Below are positions 38,575 through 47,900 of a DNA stretch of 64,000 nt, piece after piece; positions within the stretch are counted from its first letter, which is position 1; every line of letters starts with the position of its first letter. The position numbers and the translations under genes were made by a program. Source of the DNA: an uncultured Planctomycetota bacterium (lineage in GTDB: Bacteria; Planctomycetota; PLA2; JAEUHO01); assembly GCA_963752285.1 (NCBI GenBank), contig CAVVXN010000003.1, forward strand, positions 160,001-224,000. The letters are read 5' to 3'. A model generated the notes under the pieces. That model saw only the letters and a list, made by a program, of their open reading frames with translations, made no database searches and was not told the DNA's origin.

Positions 38575-39873
38575 TCAGCCTGCGGCGCGCGGCGTCTTCA
38601 GCGGTCCGGGGAGGAGGGCCTCGACCGGCGGCGCCTCCTTCGGGACCGGCCACGTCGGCCGCCCGCTCTGCGTGAAGACTCGCTCGTGGGGGTCCAGGCC
38701 CGCCAGGGCGATGGCCGTCGCGAGGAGCGCCGGGGGTGGGACGGGGTCCTGGACGACCTTCCGGCCGTCCTCGTCGGTCCGGCCGACGACGGTCCCGCCG
38801 GGGATCCCGCCCCCGGCGAGGACGGCCGAGAACGCGTGCGGGTGGTGGTCGCGGCCGCTCGTGGCGTTGAGGTCGGGTGTTCGGCCGAACTCGCCCATCC
38901 AGAGGACGAGCGTCCGATCGAGGAGCGAGCGCTCGCGCAGGTCCCGCAGGAGCGACGCGAACGCCGGGTCCACCTGCTTCAGGAGGTTCGCCGTGGCCGG
39001 ATACGCGTGCTGGTGGAGGTCCCATCCTCCGAGCGAGACGTGCACGACCGTGACGCCCGCCTCGACGAGTCGCCGCGCGAGCAGGCAGGCGGTGCCGAAC
39101 GGCGTCTTGCCGTAGGCCGCGCGGCTCGCCTCGGTCTCCTTCGACGCGTCGAACGCCAGGACGGCGGGCGAAGCGAGGAGCCGTCGCGCGCGCGCCCTCG
39201 CGCTCCGCCAGGCCTCGGCGACCGGCGCGTCGCCGGCGTCCGGGAGGGCGTGCCCGAGGGCGTCGAGGAGCGCCTCGCGGCGGCGCTGCCGCGCCGCGCC
39301 GACCGGGGGCGCGAGGTCCGCCAGCGGACGACTCGGGTTCGTGACCTCGAACGGCGCCGTCCTACCGCCGAGGAACCCGCTCCCCGTCGAGGGGCCGAAG
39401 GCGACGAAGGCGGGCAGGTCACAGGCCGGGTCCGCGAGCGCGCGCGCGAGCCACGCGCCGACGTGCGGATGTTCGAGGGTCGCGCTCGGCGGGTACGCGG
39501 TCTGGAGCAGCCGCGTCGCGCGCTCGTGCGCCCCCTCGCCCGACGTCAGGCCCCGCACGACCGCGAGCGCGCTGGCCTCCTTCGCGAGCAGGGGCAGGGG
39601 CTCGGAGAACGAGAGGCCGTCCACCGCCGTGGGGATCGCCCCGAGCGCGCCGGCGGTCTTGCGCCCCGGCTTCGGGTCGAACGTGTCGAGGTGCGACGGC
39701 CCGCCGGCCATCCACAGGACGATCAGGTGGTCGAGCGTCGCGCCCTCGCGGCGGGGGACGGGCGCCTCGGCGTCGCCGAACGCCATCCGGACGCGACCCT
39801 CGAGGAGCAGCGCGCCGAGCGCGGCGCCCGCGCCGGTGAGGAACGCGCGTCGATGGAAGCCCAGGTCCTGCAT
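38575..39873 (-). CDS. DUF1501 family protein (Tat signal)
   Basis: HRRAFL Tat motif; WMAGGPSHLDTFDPKP, CLLARRLVEAGV, GGWDLH, GEFGRTP and GRDHH. Confidence 0.9.
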   Translation of the reverse strand: MQDLGFHRRAFLTGAGAALGALLLEGRVRMAFGDAEAPVPRREGATLDHLIVLWMAGGPSHLDTFDPKPGRKTAGALGAIPTAVDGLSFSEPLPLLAKEASALAVVRGLTSGEGAHERATRLLQTAYPPSATLEHPHVGAWLARALADPACDLPAFVAFGPSTGSGFLGGRTAPFEVTNPSRPLADLAPPVGAARQRRREALLDALGHALPDAGDAPVAEAWRSARARARRLLASPAVLAFDASKETEASRAAYGKTPFGTACLLARRLVEAGVTVVHVSLGGWDLHQHAYPATANLLKQVDPAFASLLRDLRERSLLDRTLVLWMGEFGRTPDLNATSGRDHHPHAFSAVLAGGGIPGGTVVGRTDEDGRKVVQDPVPPPALLATAIALAGLDPHERVFTQSGRPTWPVPKEAPPVEALLPGPLKTPRAAG

Positions 39874-39914
39874 TCGTCGCTCCTCGTGGACCTCGCGCCG
39901 CCGGTCCGCGACCC

Positions 39915-42233
39915 CTAGCGTTCGAAGAGGAACTCGTCGCCGTTCATGAGGGCCCACTCCAGGTCCTCGATCGCCTCCGTCCGCGCCTTCTTCCAGGCGG
40001 GGACCTGCTTCTCGTCCCCGGGGCGCGTCGGGAGCGCCTGCTCCGCGACCTTCGCCTCCGCCGCGGTCGGCGGTCGCGAGAGGAACGCGAGGTACACGGC
40101 CTCGACCGCGCCCTTCGTGGGGAGATCGGCCGCGACGAGGCGCGTCGCGAGCCCTTCGGGCCGGCCGCGGAGCGCCTCGCCCGCCGGCGCGCCGTTCCAC
40201 ATCCAGAGCGCCCGCGCGATGCCGCCGCGCGGCTCCGTCTCCGGGTGGTCGCGACCGTCGTCGAAGTGCATGCCGTACGCGCGGAGCCACGCCTCGCGCT
40301 GGGCGCGGGGACCGCCGAGGAGGGCGTCGGGGAGCCCCGGGAGCGCCGCCTCGACGACGGCCCGGAGCGCGACGGTGGGCTCGAGCTCGCGCACCGGCGC
40401 GGTCACGACTTGGCCCCCCGGCGGGCCGGCGCCGTCCTCCGCGTCCTGTGCCGCGACCTGTGCCGTGCCCGGGGCGTCGCCCGCCGGGCGCGCGCGCGGG
40501 GGCGCGGCCGAGGCGAGCGCGTACGCGCGCGTGAGCGCGAGGACGCGGACGAGCCAGCGCAGGTCGTAGCCGGACGCGCGGAATCCGTCGGCGAGCCGGT
40601 CCAGCGCCGGCTCCGCGAACCGCTCGCCCGGACCGGTGAGGGCGTCCACCGGATCGACGAAGGGCCGGCCGAGCAGCCGTTCGGCCATTCGGTTCACGAG
40701 GGCGCGGGCGAGCCACGGGTCCTCGTGGCGGAGCATCCACCTCGCGAGCGTGTCGCGGAGCGAGGCCAGGTCGGCGCCCGCCGCGATCTCGTCGCCCTCG
40801 AGGGGCTTGGGGAGCCCGTCGCCCTTCTCGGGGTGCTCGGTGTCGGGATGCGGACCGACCTTCCCGCCCCGGTCCACCACCCGGAACACGTCGGGCGGCA
40901 CCGGCTTCCCCTCGGACACGTACGTGTCGCGGTACACGTCCGGCATCTGGCTCGCCAGGTCGTGCGCGGCCTGGACGACCTCCTTCGCCGCGGCCACCGC
41001 CGCGTCCCACGAGGTCGCCAGCCCCTGGAGCTCGTCCACGCGCGTCGAGAGCTGGGCCTCGGACCGCTTCGCCGCGGCCCACCGGTCCGCGAGCGGCTTC
41101 GCCTTCGCCTCGGCCTCGCCGAGGCGCTTCGCCCACGCCGCGGACGCGCCCGCGGCGGCCTTCGCCTCGTCGCGCGCGAGCCCGGCCGTCTCGCGCGCGA
41201 CCTTCGCCTGCTCGCCGAGCAGCCCGAGGAGGGGCTTCGCCGCGTCCTTCGCGCGCGCCTCGGCCTCGCCCGCGAGCTTCTCCGCGCGCGCGGCGAGGTC
41301 CTGCATCGCCTTCTCGCGCTGCGCGGCGTCACCGGCGGGGCCACGAACCTTCGCCGCGGCGGCGGCCAGCGGACGGAGCGCCTCGTCCGCCGTGCGCGTC
41401 GCGACCGCGGCCTTCCGGCTCGCGTCCCGCGCGGCTTCGAGGTCCTTCTTCGCCTTCGTGGCCTCTGCGACCGCCTGCGCCTCCGCGCGGTTCGCGCGTC
41501 CGAGGAGCGCGTTGGCCTGGTCCACGGGCGTCGGCACCTTCTCGCGCCCGACGGCCCGGAAGAACGCGGCGAACCCCTGGAAGTCCGACTGCTTCCACCG
41601 GTCGAAGGGATGGTCGTGGCACTCCGCACACGCGATCTCTACGCCGAGGAAGAGACGGGCGGTTCGGCCCGCGAGCGCCGGGGGCTGGTCCGCGAGCTGG
41701 TAGCAGTACGCCGCGGCGCCGTTCTCGGGGATCTCGCCCCGCGCCGAGACGAGCTCTCCGACCAGGCGGTCGTACGGCACGCGCTCGCGCCAGGCCTCGG
41801 CGAGCCAGTCCTCGAGCGCGCGGCGGTGCTCCACGCGAACGTCGTCGCGTCCGAGCAGGAGGCGCGCGTACCACTCCCCGAAGTACACGGCCGCGGTGGT
41901 GTCGTCGAGCAGACGGTCCACCGCGCGCGCCCGCTTGTCGGGCGCGGCGTCCGCGAGGTACGCGCGGACCTCGTCCGCCGTCGGCAGCCGCCCCGCCAGG
42001 TCGAGCGTGGTGCGGCGGAGGAGCACCGCGTCGGACGCGGCGGGTCCCGGCGTCCGCCCTTCCCCGGTCCACGCGTCGAGCATCGCGTCGTCCACCGCCT
42101 TGACGACGTCGGGGACCGCCGCGGGACGTGCGGCCGCGACGGGCGGCGGCTTCGTCTCGTCCGCCCACGCCGCGCCCACGGCCAGCAAGGCCGCGGGCAG
42201 GAGGATCGACCCGAAGCGAGCCGTTCGTCGCAT
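39915..42233 (-). CDS. DUF1549/DUF1553 (PSCyt2/PSD1) protein with long coiled-coil insertion
   Basis: Signal peptide; LLRRTTLDLAGRLP, FLGVEIACAECHDHPFDRWKQSDF, LARALVNR, GYDLRWL and DLEWALMN..EF. Confidence 0.88.
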   Translation of the reverse strand: MRRTARFGSILLPAALLAVGAAWADETKPPPVAAARPAAVPDVVKAVDDAMLDAWTGEGRTPGPAASDAVLLRRTTLDLAGRLPTADEVRAYLADAAPDKRARAVDRLLDDTTAAVYFGEWYARLLLGRDDVRVEHRRALEDWLAEAWRERVPYDRLVGELVSARGEIPENGAAAYCYQLADQPPALAGRTARLFLGVEIACAECHDHPFDRWKQSDFQGFAAFFRAVGREKVPTPVDQANALLGRANRAEAQAVAEATKAKKDLEAARDASRKAAVATRTADEALRPLAAAAAKVRGPAGDAAQREKAMQDLAARAEKLAGEAEARAKDAAKPLLGLLGEQAKVARETAGLARDEAKAAAGASAAWAKRLGEAEAKAKPLADRWAAAKRSEAQLSTRVDELQGLATSWDAAVAAAKEVVQAAHDLASQMPDVYRDTYVSEGKPVPPDVFRVVDRGGKVGPHPDTEHPEKGDGLPKPLEGDEIAAGADLASLRDTLARWMLRHEDPWLARALVNRMAERLLGRPFVDPVDALTGPGERFAEPALDRLADGFRASGYDLRWLVRVLALTRAYALASAAPPRARPAGDAPGTAQVAAQDAEDGAGPPGGQVVTAPVRELEPTVALRAVVEAALPGLPDALLGGPRAQREAWLRAYGMHFDDGRDHPETEPRGGIARALWMWNGAPAGEALRGRPEGLATRLVAADLPTKGAVEAVYLAFLSRPPTAAEAKVAEQALPTRPGDEKQVPAWKKARTEAIEDLEWALMNGDEFLFER

Positions 42234-42552
42234 GGCCCCTCGCCGCTTCGTCGCGCCCGGGCGGGACGCGTCGGCGCCCCGACCGGACGGGATCTCGCAC
42301 CCCCGAACCGCGAGAGCGTAGGCCCGGGCGGGAGGGGCCGGCAACCCGGTCGGGCGGGGGGACCCCCCGGGGCTCGTCCCGGCCGGGCCCCGGGATCGGG
42401 CGGCCGGCGGGCCTCCGGGCCGGGTTTCGGCGGTCGGGCCGCCGATCTCGGGGTAGGCTCCGTGCTTCCTCGGCGAAGCGATGTCGCCTCGCCTTTCTCG
42501 TACTGCTCCGAGGCCCCCACCTCTTGGCAGGCCTCGTCGAGCGTGAGCATCC

Positions 42553-44082
42553 ATGACCCTACAAGACCGTGGCGCCTACCCGCGCCCCACAGAAGGTGGC
42601 GCGTACCCGCGCCCCTCGAAACGTGGCGCGTCGTCGCGCCCCTCGAACGACGGCGCGACCTCGCGCCCCACAGACCGTGCCGCGTCCGCGCGCCCCTCGA
42701 CCCGTGGCGCGTCCTCGCGCCCCTCGGACGACGGCGCGTCGTCGCGCGCCCTCGATGACCGGGCGTCCGCGCGTCCCTCGGACCCGGGCGTGACCCGCGG
42801 CCCCGACGCGCCGGATGCCGGCGCGCCGGCCCCGACGTTCGCCGACCTCCGACTCGACCCGGCGCTCCTCGCGGCGCTCCGGTCGCTTCACCACGACACG
42901 CCGACGCCCATCCAGGCCGAGGCGATCCCCTACCTGCTCGACGGACGTGACCTCCTGGGCGTCGCCCAGACGGGCACGGGCAAGACCGCCGCCTTCGCGC
43001 TCCCCATCCTCCATCGCTTCCACCGCGCACGCGTCCGCGGCACGCCGCGCCGGCCTCGCGCCCTCGTGCTCACGCCCACGCGCGAGCTCGCGGCGCAGAT
43101 CGGCCAGAGCTTCGCCGCGTACGGCCGAAACGTCCCGGTCCGGGGCACGGTCGTGTTCGGAGGCGTGGGCCAGGGCCCGCAGGTGTCCGCGCTGCTCCGC
43201 GGGGTGGAGGTGCTCGTCGCGACGCCGGGACGTCTCCTCGACCTCGTGGGCCAGCGCCACGTGGACCTCGCCCACGTCGAGGTGTTCGTGCTCGACGAGG
43301 CGGACCGCATGCTCGACATGGGGTTCCTCCGCGACGTGCGCCGTGTGATGGCCACGTTGCCCGCCGAGCGACAGTCGCTGCTCTTCAGCGCGACGATGCC
43401 GGCGGACATCGTCCGCCTGTCGAGGACCCTCCTCCGCGACCCCGTTCGCGTCGAGGTGGCGCCCCCGAGCTCGACCGTCGAGCGCGTGGACCAGCACGTG
43501 CACCACGTCGCGAAGCAGGACAAGCGCGCGCTCCTGTCGCGGATCCTCGACGACCACGCGATCCAACGGGCGCTCGTCTTCACGCGCACGAAGCACGGCG
43601 CCGACAAGGTCTGCCGGCACCTCGAGTCGGCGGGCGTGCGCTCCGCCGCGCTCCACGGCAACAAGTCGCAGGGTGCGCGGCAACGCGCGCTCGACGCGTT
43701 CCGCGCCGGCCGCCTGCGGGCCCTCGTCGCGACCGACATCGCGGCGCGCGGGCTCGACGTGCCCGGCATCACGCACGTGATCAACTTCGACCTGCCCAAC
43801 GTCCCCGAGAGCTACGTGCACCGGATCGGCCGCACCGCCCGCGCCGGACGGGACGGCGTGGCGATCTCCTTCTGCGACGCGAGCGAGCGCGGTTTCCTCG
43901 CCGACATCCAGCGCGAGATCCGCCAGGAGCTCGTCGTGGTGGGAGACGCGCCCCCTCCGGCGCCGTTCCCCCTGCGTCCCACGCCGGCCTTCGCCGGCCG
44001 CGCGGCGGGCGCCTCGCGCACGGCAGGCGCGAGCCGCGGCGCGCGACGATTCGGCCGGTCGCGGCCCCGGGCGCGCTGGTAG
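42553..44082 (+). CDS. rhlE: DEAD-box RNA helicase (RhlE-like)
   Basis: Q motif PTPIQ; AQTGTGKT, PTRELA, TPGRL, DEAD, SAT, ARGLD and HRIGRTAR. Confidence 0.9.
   Translation: MTLQDRGAYPRPTEGGAYPRPSKRGASSRPSNDGATSRPTDRAASARPSTRGASSRPSDDGASSRALDDRASARPSDPGVTRGPDAPDAGAPAPTFADLRLDPALLAALRSLHHDTPTPIQAEAIPYLLDGRDLLGVAQTGTGKTAAFALPILHRFHRARVRGTPRRPRALVLTPTRELAAQIGQSFAAYGRNVPVRGTVVFGGVGQGPQVSALLRGVEVLVATPGRLLDLVGQRHVDLAHVEVFVLDEADRMLDMGFLRDVRRVMATLPAERQSLLFSATMPADIVRLSRTLLRDPVRVEVAPPSSTVERVDQHVHHVAKQDKRALLSRILDDHAIQRALVFTRTKHGADKVCRHLESAGVRSAALHGNKSQGARQRALDAFRAGRLRALVATDIAARGLDVPGITHVINFDLPNVPESYVHRIGRTARAGRDGVAISFCDASERGFLADIQREIRQELVVVGDAPPPAPFPLRPTPAFAGRAAGASRTAGASRGARRFGRSRPRARW
42568..42783 (+). 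repeat. 8 x 27-bp degenerate tandem repeat in the helicase N-terminus
   Basis: Encodes RGAYPRPTE/GGAYPRPSK/RGASSRPSN/DGATSRPTD/RAASARPST/RGASSRPSD/DGASSRALD/DRASARPSD. Confidence 0.85.
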
Positions 44083-44088
44083 CGCGGG

Positions 44089-44895
44089 TCACGCGAGCAA
44101 CGCCTCGAGCCGGTCGAGCCCGTCGGTCAATGCCGCGGGCCCCGGCTGGAGGATCACGCTCGCGGGGATCTCGTGGACGCGCCCCGTCCGGACCGCGGGC
44201 AGGTCCGCGAAGCCCGGCCGGGCGCGCACCGCCTCGGGGTCGAACGGCTTCCCGCACCACGAGGCGAGGATCACGTCGGGTCGTCGTGCGACGACCTCGC
44301 CGGGCGTCACGACGCGCCCGCTCGCCGCGCAGGACGGCGCGCGCTCGCGGAAGACGTCCTCGCCGCCCGCCGCCTCGATCAGCTCGCTCACCCACGCGCT
44401 GCCGCAGAGGAGCGGGTCCATCCACTCCTCGAAGTAGACGCGGGGTCGCCGGGGTCGCGCCGCGGCGCGGGACCGCGCGTCGCGGATCCGTGTCTGGTAG
44501 CCCTCCACGAGCTCGCGCGCGCGCGCCTCCCGACCGACGAGGCGGCCGAGCAGGCGCACGAGGTCGAGGATCTCCGCGATCGTGCGCTGGTTCGTGATCC
44601 ACACCGACAGGTGCGCGCGCACGAGGCGCTGGGCGAGGTCCGCCTGCACGTCGGAGAACCCGAGCACCAGGTCGGGGCAGAGCGCGGCGATCCGTTCCAC
44701 GCTCCCGCCCGTGAAGCCCGACACCACGGGCTTGTCGCGACGCGCCTCGGGCGGCCGCTCCGTCCACGCGCTGATGCCCACCACGCGATCGCCCTCGCCG
44801 AGCGCGTAGAGGATCTCGGTCGTCTCCTCCGTGAGGCACACGATGCGCCGCGGAGGGTCGGGTTCCCGGTCGGGGGGAGGGGGCCTGTCCGCCAT
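44089..44895 (-). CDS. BtuF-like (helical-backbone) cobalamin-binding family protein, no signal peptide
   Basis: RIVCLTEETTEILYALG, PDLVLGFSD, VYFEEW.DP and ILQPGP motifs. Confidence 0.82.
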   Translation of the reverse strand: MADRPPPPDREPDPPRRIVCLTEETTEILYALGEGDRVVGISAWTERPPEARRDKPVVSGFTGGSVERIAALCPDLVLGFSDVQADLAQRLVRAHLSVWITNQRTIAEILDLVRLLGRLVGREARARELVEGYQTRIRDARSRAAARPRRPRVYFEEWMDPLLCGSAWVSELIEAAGGEDVFRERAPSCAASGRVVTPGEVVARRPDVILASWCGKPFDPEAVRARPGFADLPAVRTGRVHEIPASVILQPGPAALTDGLDRLEALLA

Positions 44896-44962
44896 CGCCC
44901 GACACCATGCCACGCGGGGCCGGCGTGCCGCGCGGGGAGCGGCCCGCGCGTAGACTCGCCGC

Positions 44963-46327
44963 ATGTCCCTGCCCCCGTCCCGGCCGCTCGTCGGGATCTC
45001 CTCGTGCCTGATCGGCCTCCGTACCCGCCACGACGGGACGGACCGGCGGCACGCCGCCGCGACGGCGCTCGCCGACGAGGTCCTGTGGTTGCCGGTCTGT
45101 CCCGAGGTCGAGGCGGGGTTCGGCGTGCCGCGCGCGCCGATCCGGCTCGTCCGGGCGGACGGCGTCGTCGGGCTGGAGGTCGTCCAGACGGGCGAGGACG
45201 TCGGAGCGCGGATGGTGTCGTGGACCCGGTCCCGCCTCGACGCCCTCCCCCTCGACCGGATCTCGGGGTGGGTGCTGAAGGCGCGGAGCCCCTCGTGCGC
45301 GAAGGACGACGCGGCCGTTCACGACGCGGCGGGGAACGCGGCGGAGGTCCTTCCCGGTCGCTTCGCGGCCGCGCTCCACGACCGCTGCCCCGACCTCCCG
45401 CTCGCGAGCGAGGTGGACCTCGACGACCCCGGGCGGCGAAACGCGTTCCTCGCGCGCGTGCGCGCACGCCACGCGGCGCTCGCCGCGCGCGCCGCCGCCA
45501 CGGCGCCGGCCCGCGGGCACGACGCCGCGGCCGCGCCGGCGGCCCCGTCGTCCGCCGGTCCCGAGGCCGGCCGCGGCCCGCGTCCGCGGTACGACGCGTA
45601 CGACGCCTTCGCTCCCGCGTACGCGCGGTGGTGGGGGGCCGAGGCCGCGCGCACCCTCGCGGACCTCGACCGGTTCGTGCTCGCGGACCTGCCCGCGCCG
45701 GCGCGCGTGCTCGACCTCGCGTGCGGGACCGGCGACCTCGCCGCCGCGCTCGCCCAGCGAGGGTACGAGGTCGTGGGCCTCGACGGGTCCGCCGCGATGC
45801 TCGACCTCGCCCGACGAAACGCGCCCGACGCGACGTTCGTGCTCGGCGACGCGCGCGCCTTCGATACGGAGCGCCCGTTCGACCTCGTGGTCTGTACGTT
45901 CGACAGCCTGAACCACGTGATGCGCGCGGAGGAGCTCGGCGAGGTATTTCGCGCGGTGTTCTGCGCGCTCCGACCGGGAGGGCGGTTCGCGTTCGACCTG
46001 AACCTCGACGCGAAATACCGCTTTGCGTGGCGCGGCTCGTTCGCGCGCCTCGACGACGACCTCGCGGCGATCGTCCGGACCGACGTGGACCTCGACGCGC
46101 GCGTCGCGACGTTCGACGCGGCGTGCTTCGCGCGGCACGGCGACGCCTGGCGGCGCGACGACGTGCACCTCGAGCAGACCTGGTACGAAGAGGGCGCGGT
46201 GCGAGACCGCCTCCTCGCCGCCGGCTTCGAGGCGATCCGGATGGAGCCGCTCGGCCGAGACGCCGGAGCGTCGGCGGAGGTGCGGCGCGCGCTCTTCCTC
46301 GGCGCGCGGCCGTCGGGCGCACGATGA
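44963..46327 (+). CDS. DUF523 (TudS thiouracil desulfidase-like) fused to class I SAM methyltransferase
   Basis: GISSCLIG..RHDG, PVCPEVEAG and KARSPSC; Ala/Pro linker; YDAFAPAY, VLDLACGTG, FDSLNH and LRPGGRFAFD. Confidence 0.85.
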   Translation: MSLPPSRPLVGISSCLIGLRTRHDGTDRRHAAATALADEVLWLPVCPEVEAGFGVPRAPIRLVRADGVVGLEVVQTGEDVGARMVSWTRSRLDALPLDRISGWVLKARSPSCAKDDAAVHDAAGNAAEVLPGRFAAALHDRCPDLPLASEVDLDDPGRRNAFLARVRARHAALAARAAATAPARGHDAAAAPAAPSSAGPEAGRGPRPRYDAYDAFAPAYARWWGAEAARTLADLDRFVLADLPAPARVLDLACGTGDLAAALAQRGYEVVGLDGSAAMLDLARRNAPDATFVLGDARAFDTERPFDLVVCTFDSLNHVMRAEELGEVFRAVFCALRPGGRFAFDLNLDAKYRFAWRGSFARLDDDLAAIVRTDVDLDARVATFDAACFARHGDAWRRDDVHLEQTWYEEGAVRDRLLAAGFEAIRMEPLGRDAGASAEVRRALFLGARPSGAR

Positions 46328-46776
46328 GGACCGTCCTGCAACGGGTCGCGAGCGCGGAGGTCGGCGTGGACGGCCGGCGGCACGCGGCGATCGGGCACGG
46401 CCTGCTCCTCCTCGTGGGCGTCGAGAAGGGCGACGGCGAGGCCGACGCCGACGCGACCGCGGCGAAGGTCCTCCGCCTGCGCGTGTTCCCCGGCCGGACC
46501 CCGATGGACCGCACGGTGGGCGAGGTCCACGGCGCGTGTCTCGTCGTGAGCCAGTTCACGCTCCTCGCCTCGCTCTCGAAGGGGAACCGCCCGGGTTTCG
46601 ACCGCGCCGAGGCGCCCGCGCGGGCCGAGGCGCTCTACCTCCGCGTCGCCCGAGGGCTTCGCGACGCGGGGCTCCCCGTCGAGACCGGGGTCTTCGGCGC
46701 CGCGATGGAGGTCGGGCTCCGAAACGACGGCCCGGTCACCCTCGTCCTCGAGGCCCGGGGCGGTCGGGTCGCCTGA
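46324..46776 (+). CDS. dtd: D-aminoacyl-tRNA deacylase
   Basis: MRTVLQRV, SQFTL, FGAAM and NDGPVT motifs; ATGA overlap. Confidence 0.95.
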   Translation: MRTVLQRVASAEVGVDGRRHAAIGHGLLLLVGVEKGDGEADADATAAKVLRLRVFPGRTPMDRTVGEVHGACLVVSQFTLLASLSKGNRPGFDRAEAPARAEALYLRVARGLRDAGLPVETGVFGAAMEVGLRNDGPVTLVLEARGGRVA

Positions 46777-46891
46777 TCGCGCGCTCCGGGCCCCGGCATG
46801 CCCGCGCTCCGTCCCGACCGGGCGGCCGCGCCCGGGCGCTCCGGCGCGCCGCCGGCGGGGTTCAATGGAGCGTCCCCGTCCGGAGCCTGTG

Positions 46892-47716
46892 ATGCGACCC
46901 CTCGCCCAAGTCGTCTTGACCGCGGTCCTCGTGGCCACGGGACTCGTCGCCTACCACTTCGTCGTCCACGACGGCGCCTCCCCGACCGCGGCGCTCGCGT
47001 CCGCGTCGGGCGTCCGCCCGGCCGGCGACGACCTCGAGCGTCGCGTCGAGGCGCTCGAGTCGCGGCCCGGCGTGCTCGTCCCCGCGCTCGCGGGCAGCAC
47101 GAGCCCCGACGACCTCGCGCTCCGCGTACGCCGGCTGGAGCAGCGGCTCGAGAGCCTCGCGCCGGGGCGGTCCGGCGGGACCGCCCCCTCGGGCCTTCCC
47201 GACGCCGCCCAGCCGAGATCGGCCCCGGACGGCGCCCCCGCGGACGGTGCGGACGACGACCCCGCCGCGTTCGTCGAGGGCGGGACCCTCGCCACCCTCC
47301 TCACGCCGTCCCAGCGCCGGACGTTCGAGAACCTCGTGGACGACGCGCTCGACTCGCGCGGCGAGCGCCAGCAGTGGCGGCGGGCCGAGGAGCGGATCCA
47401 GGCGCTCGGCATCGAGCTGAGCGCCGACCAGGCGCAGAAGGTCCAGGACGCGATGGGCGCCCGACGGAAGGCGATCTCCGACGCGTTCCAGAAGGTCCGG
47501 GCCACCGGGGTCCAGGGCGCCGACTTCCGCGACCAGCTCGGCGAGGCCCGCACCCAGGCGGACCAGACGTTCACGCAGACGCTCTCGACCTTCCTGGCGG
47601 CCCCCGACGCCGAGGCGGTCTCGAAGGCGCTGACCTCGCCCGGCGGCGGTCGGGGCGCGTTCTTCCGCGGTCCCGGCGGCGGTCGCGGGGGGCGGGACGC
47701 GGGCGCCGGCCGCTGA
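46892..47716 (+). CDS. Membrane-anchored helical/coiled-coil hypothetical protein
   Basis: GGAG RBS, N-terminal TM, coiled coils (LERRVEALE, LEQRLESL), a helical LSADQAQKV domain and a Gly/Arg tail. Alternative ATG at 46865. Confidence 0.7.
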   Translation: MRPLAQVVLTAVLVATGLVAYHFVVHDGASPTAALASASGVRPAGDDLERRVEALESRPGVLVPALAGSTSPDDLALRVRRLEQRLESLAPGRSGGTAPSGLPDAAQPRSAPDGAPADGADDDPAAFVEGGTLATLLTPSQRRTFENLVDDALDSRGERQQWRRAEERIQALGIELSADQAQKVQDAMGARRKAISDAFQKVRATGVQGADFRDQLGEARTQADQTFTQTLSTFLAAPDAEAVSKALTSPGGGRGAFFRGPGGGRGGRDAGAGR

Positions 47717-47900
47717 CGCGCGCGGCCACGCCCGCCGCCGCGCCGTTCGAAGAGAGGCGCCGGCGCTCGCGCGAGACGGGGCGGCCGGTCTATACCGGCG
47801 GCCGCCGGGCGCCGTCCAAACGGGCGTCATGGTGGACCCGGCCGGCCTTGCCCTCGAGACGCCGTTCCAAGTGGGCCGGGCGAGGAGGTGCCAAGCGCAC

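Noticed and set aside
42568..42783. CRISPR array
   Set aside because: Degenerate in-frame 27-bp tandem units with no spacers.
47791..47819. Autoregulatory ECF promoter TATAC-N17-CGTCCAA upstream of the sigma gene
   Set aside because: The -10 is plausible but the -35 lacks the usual AAC, and there is no second copy in the window to support it.
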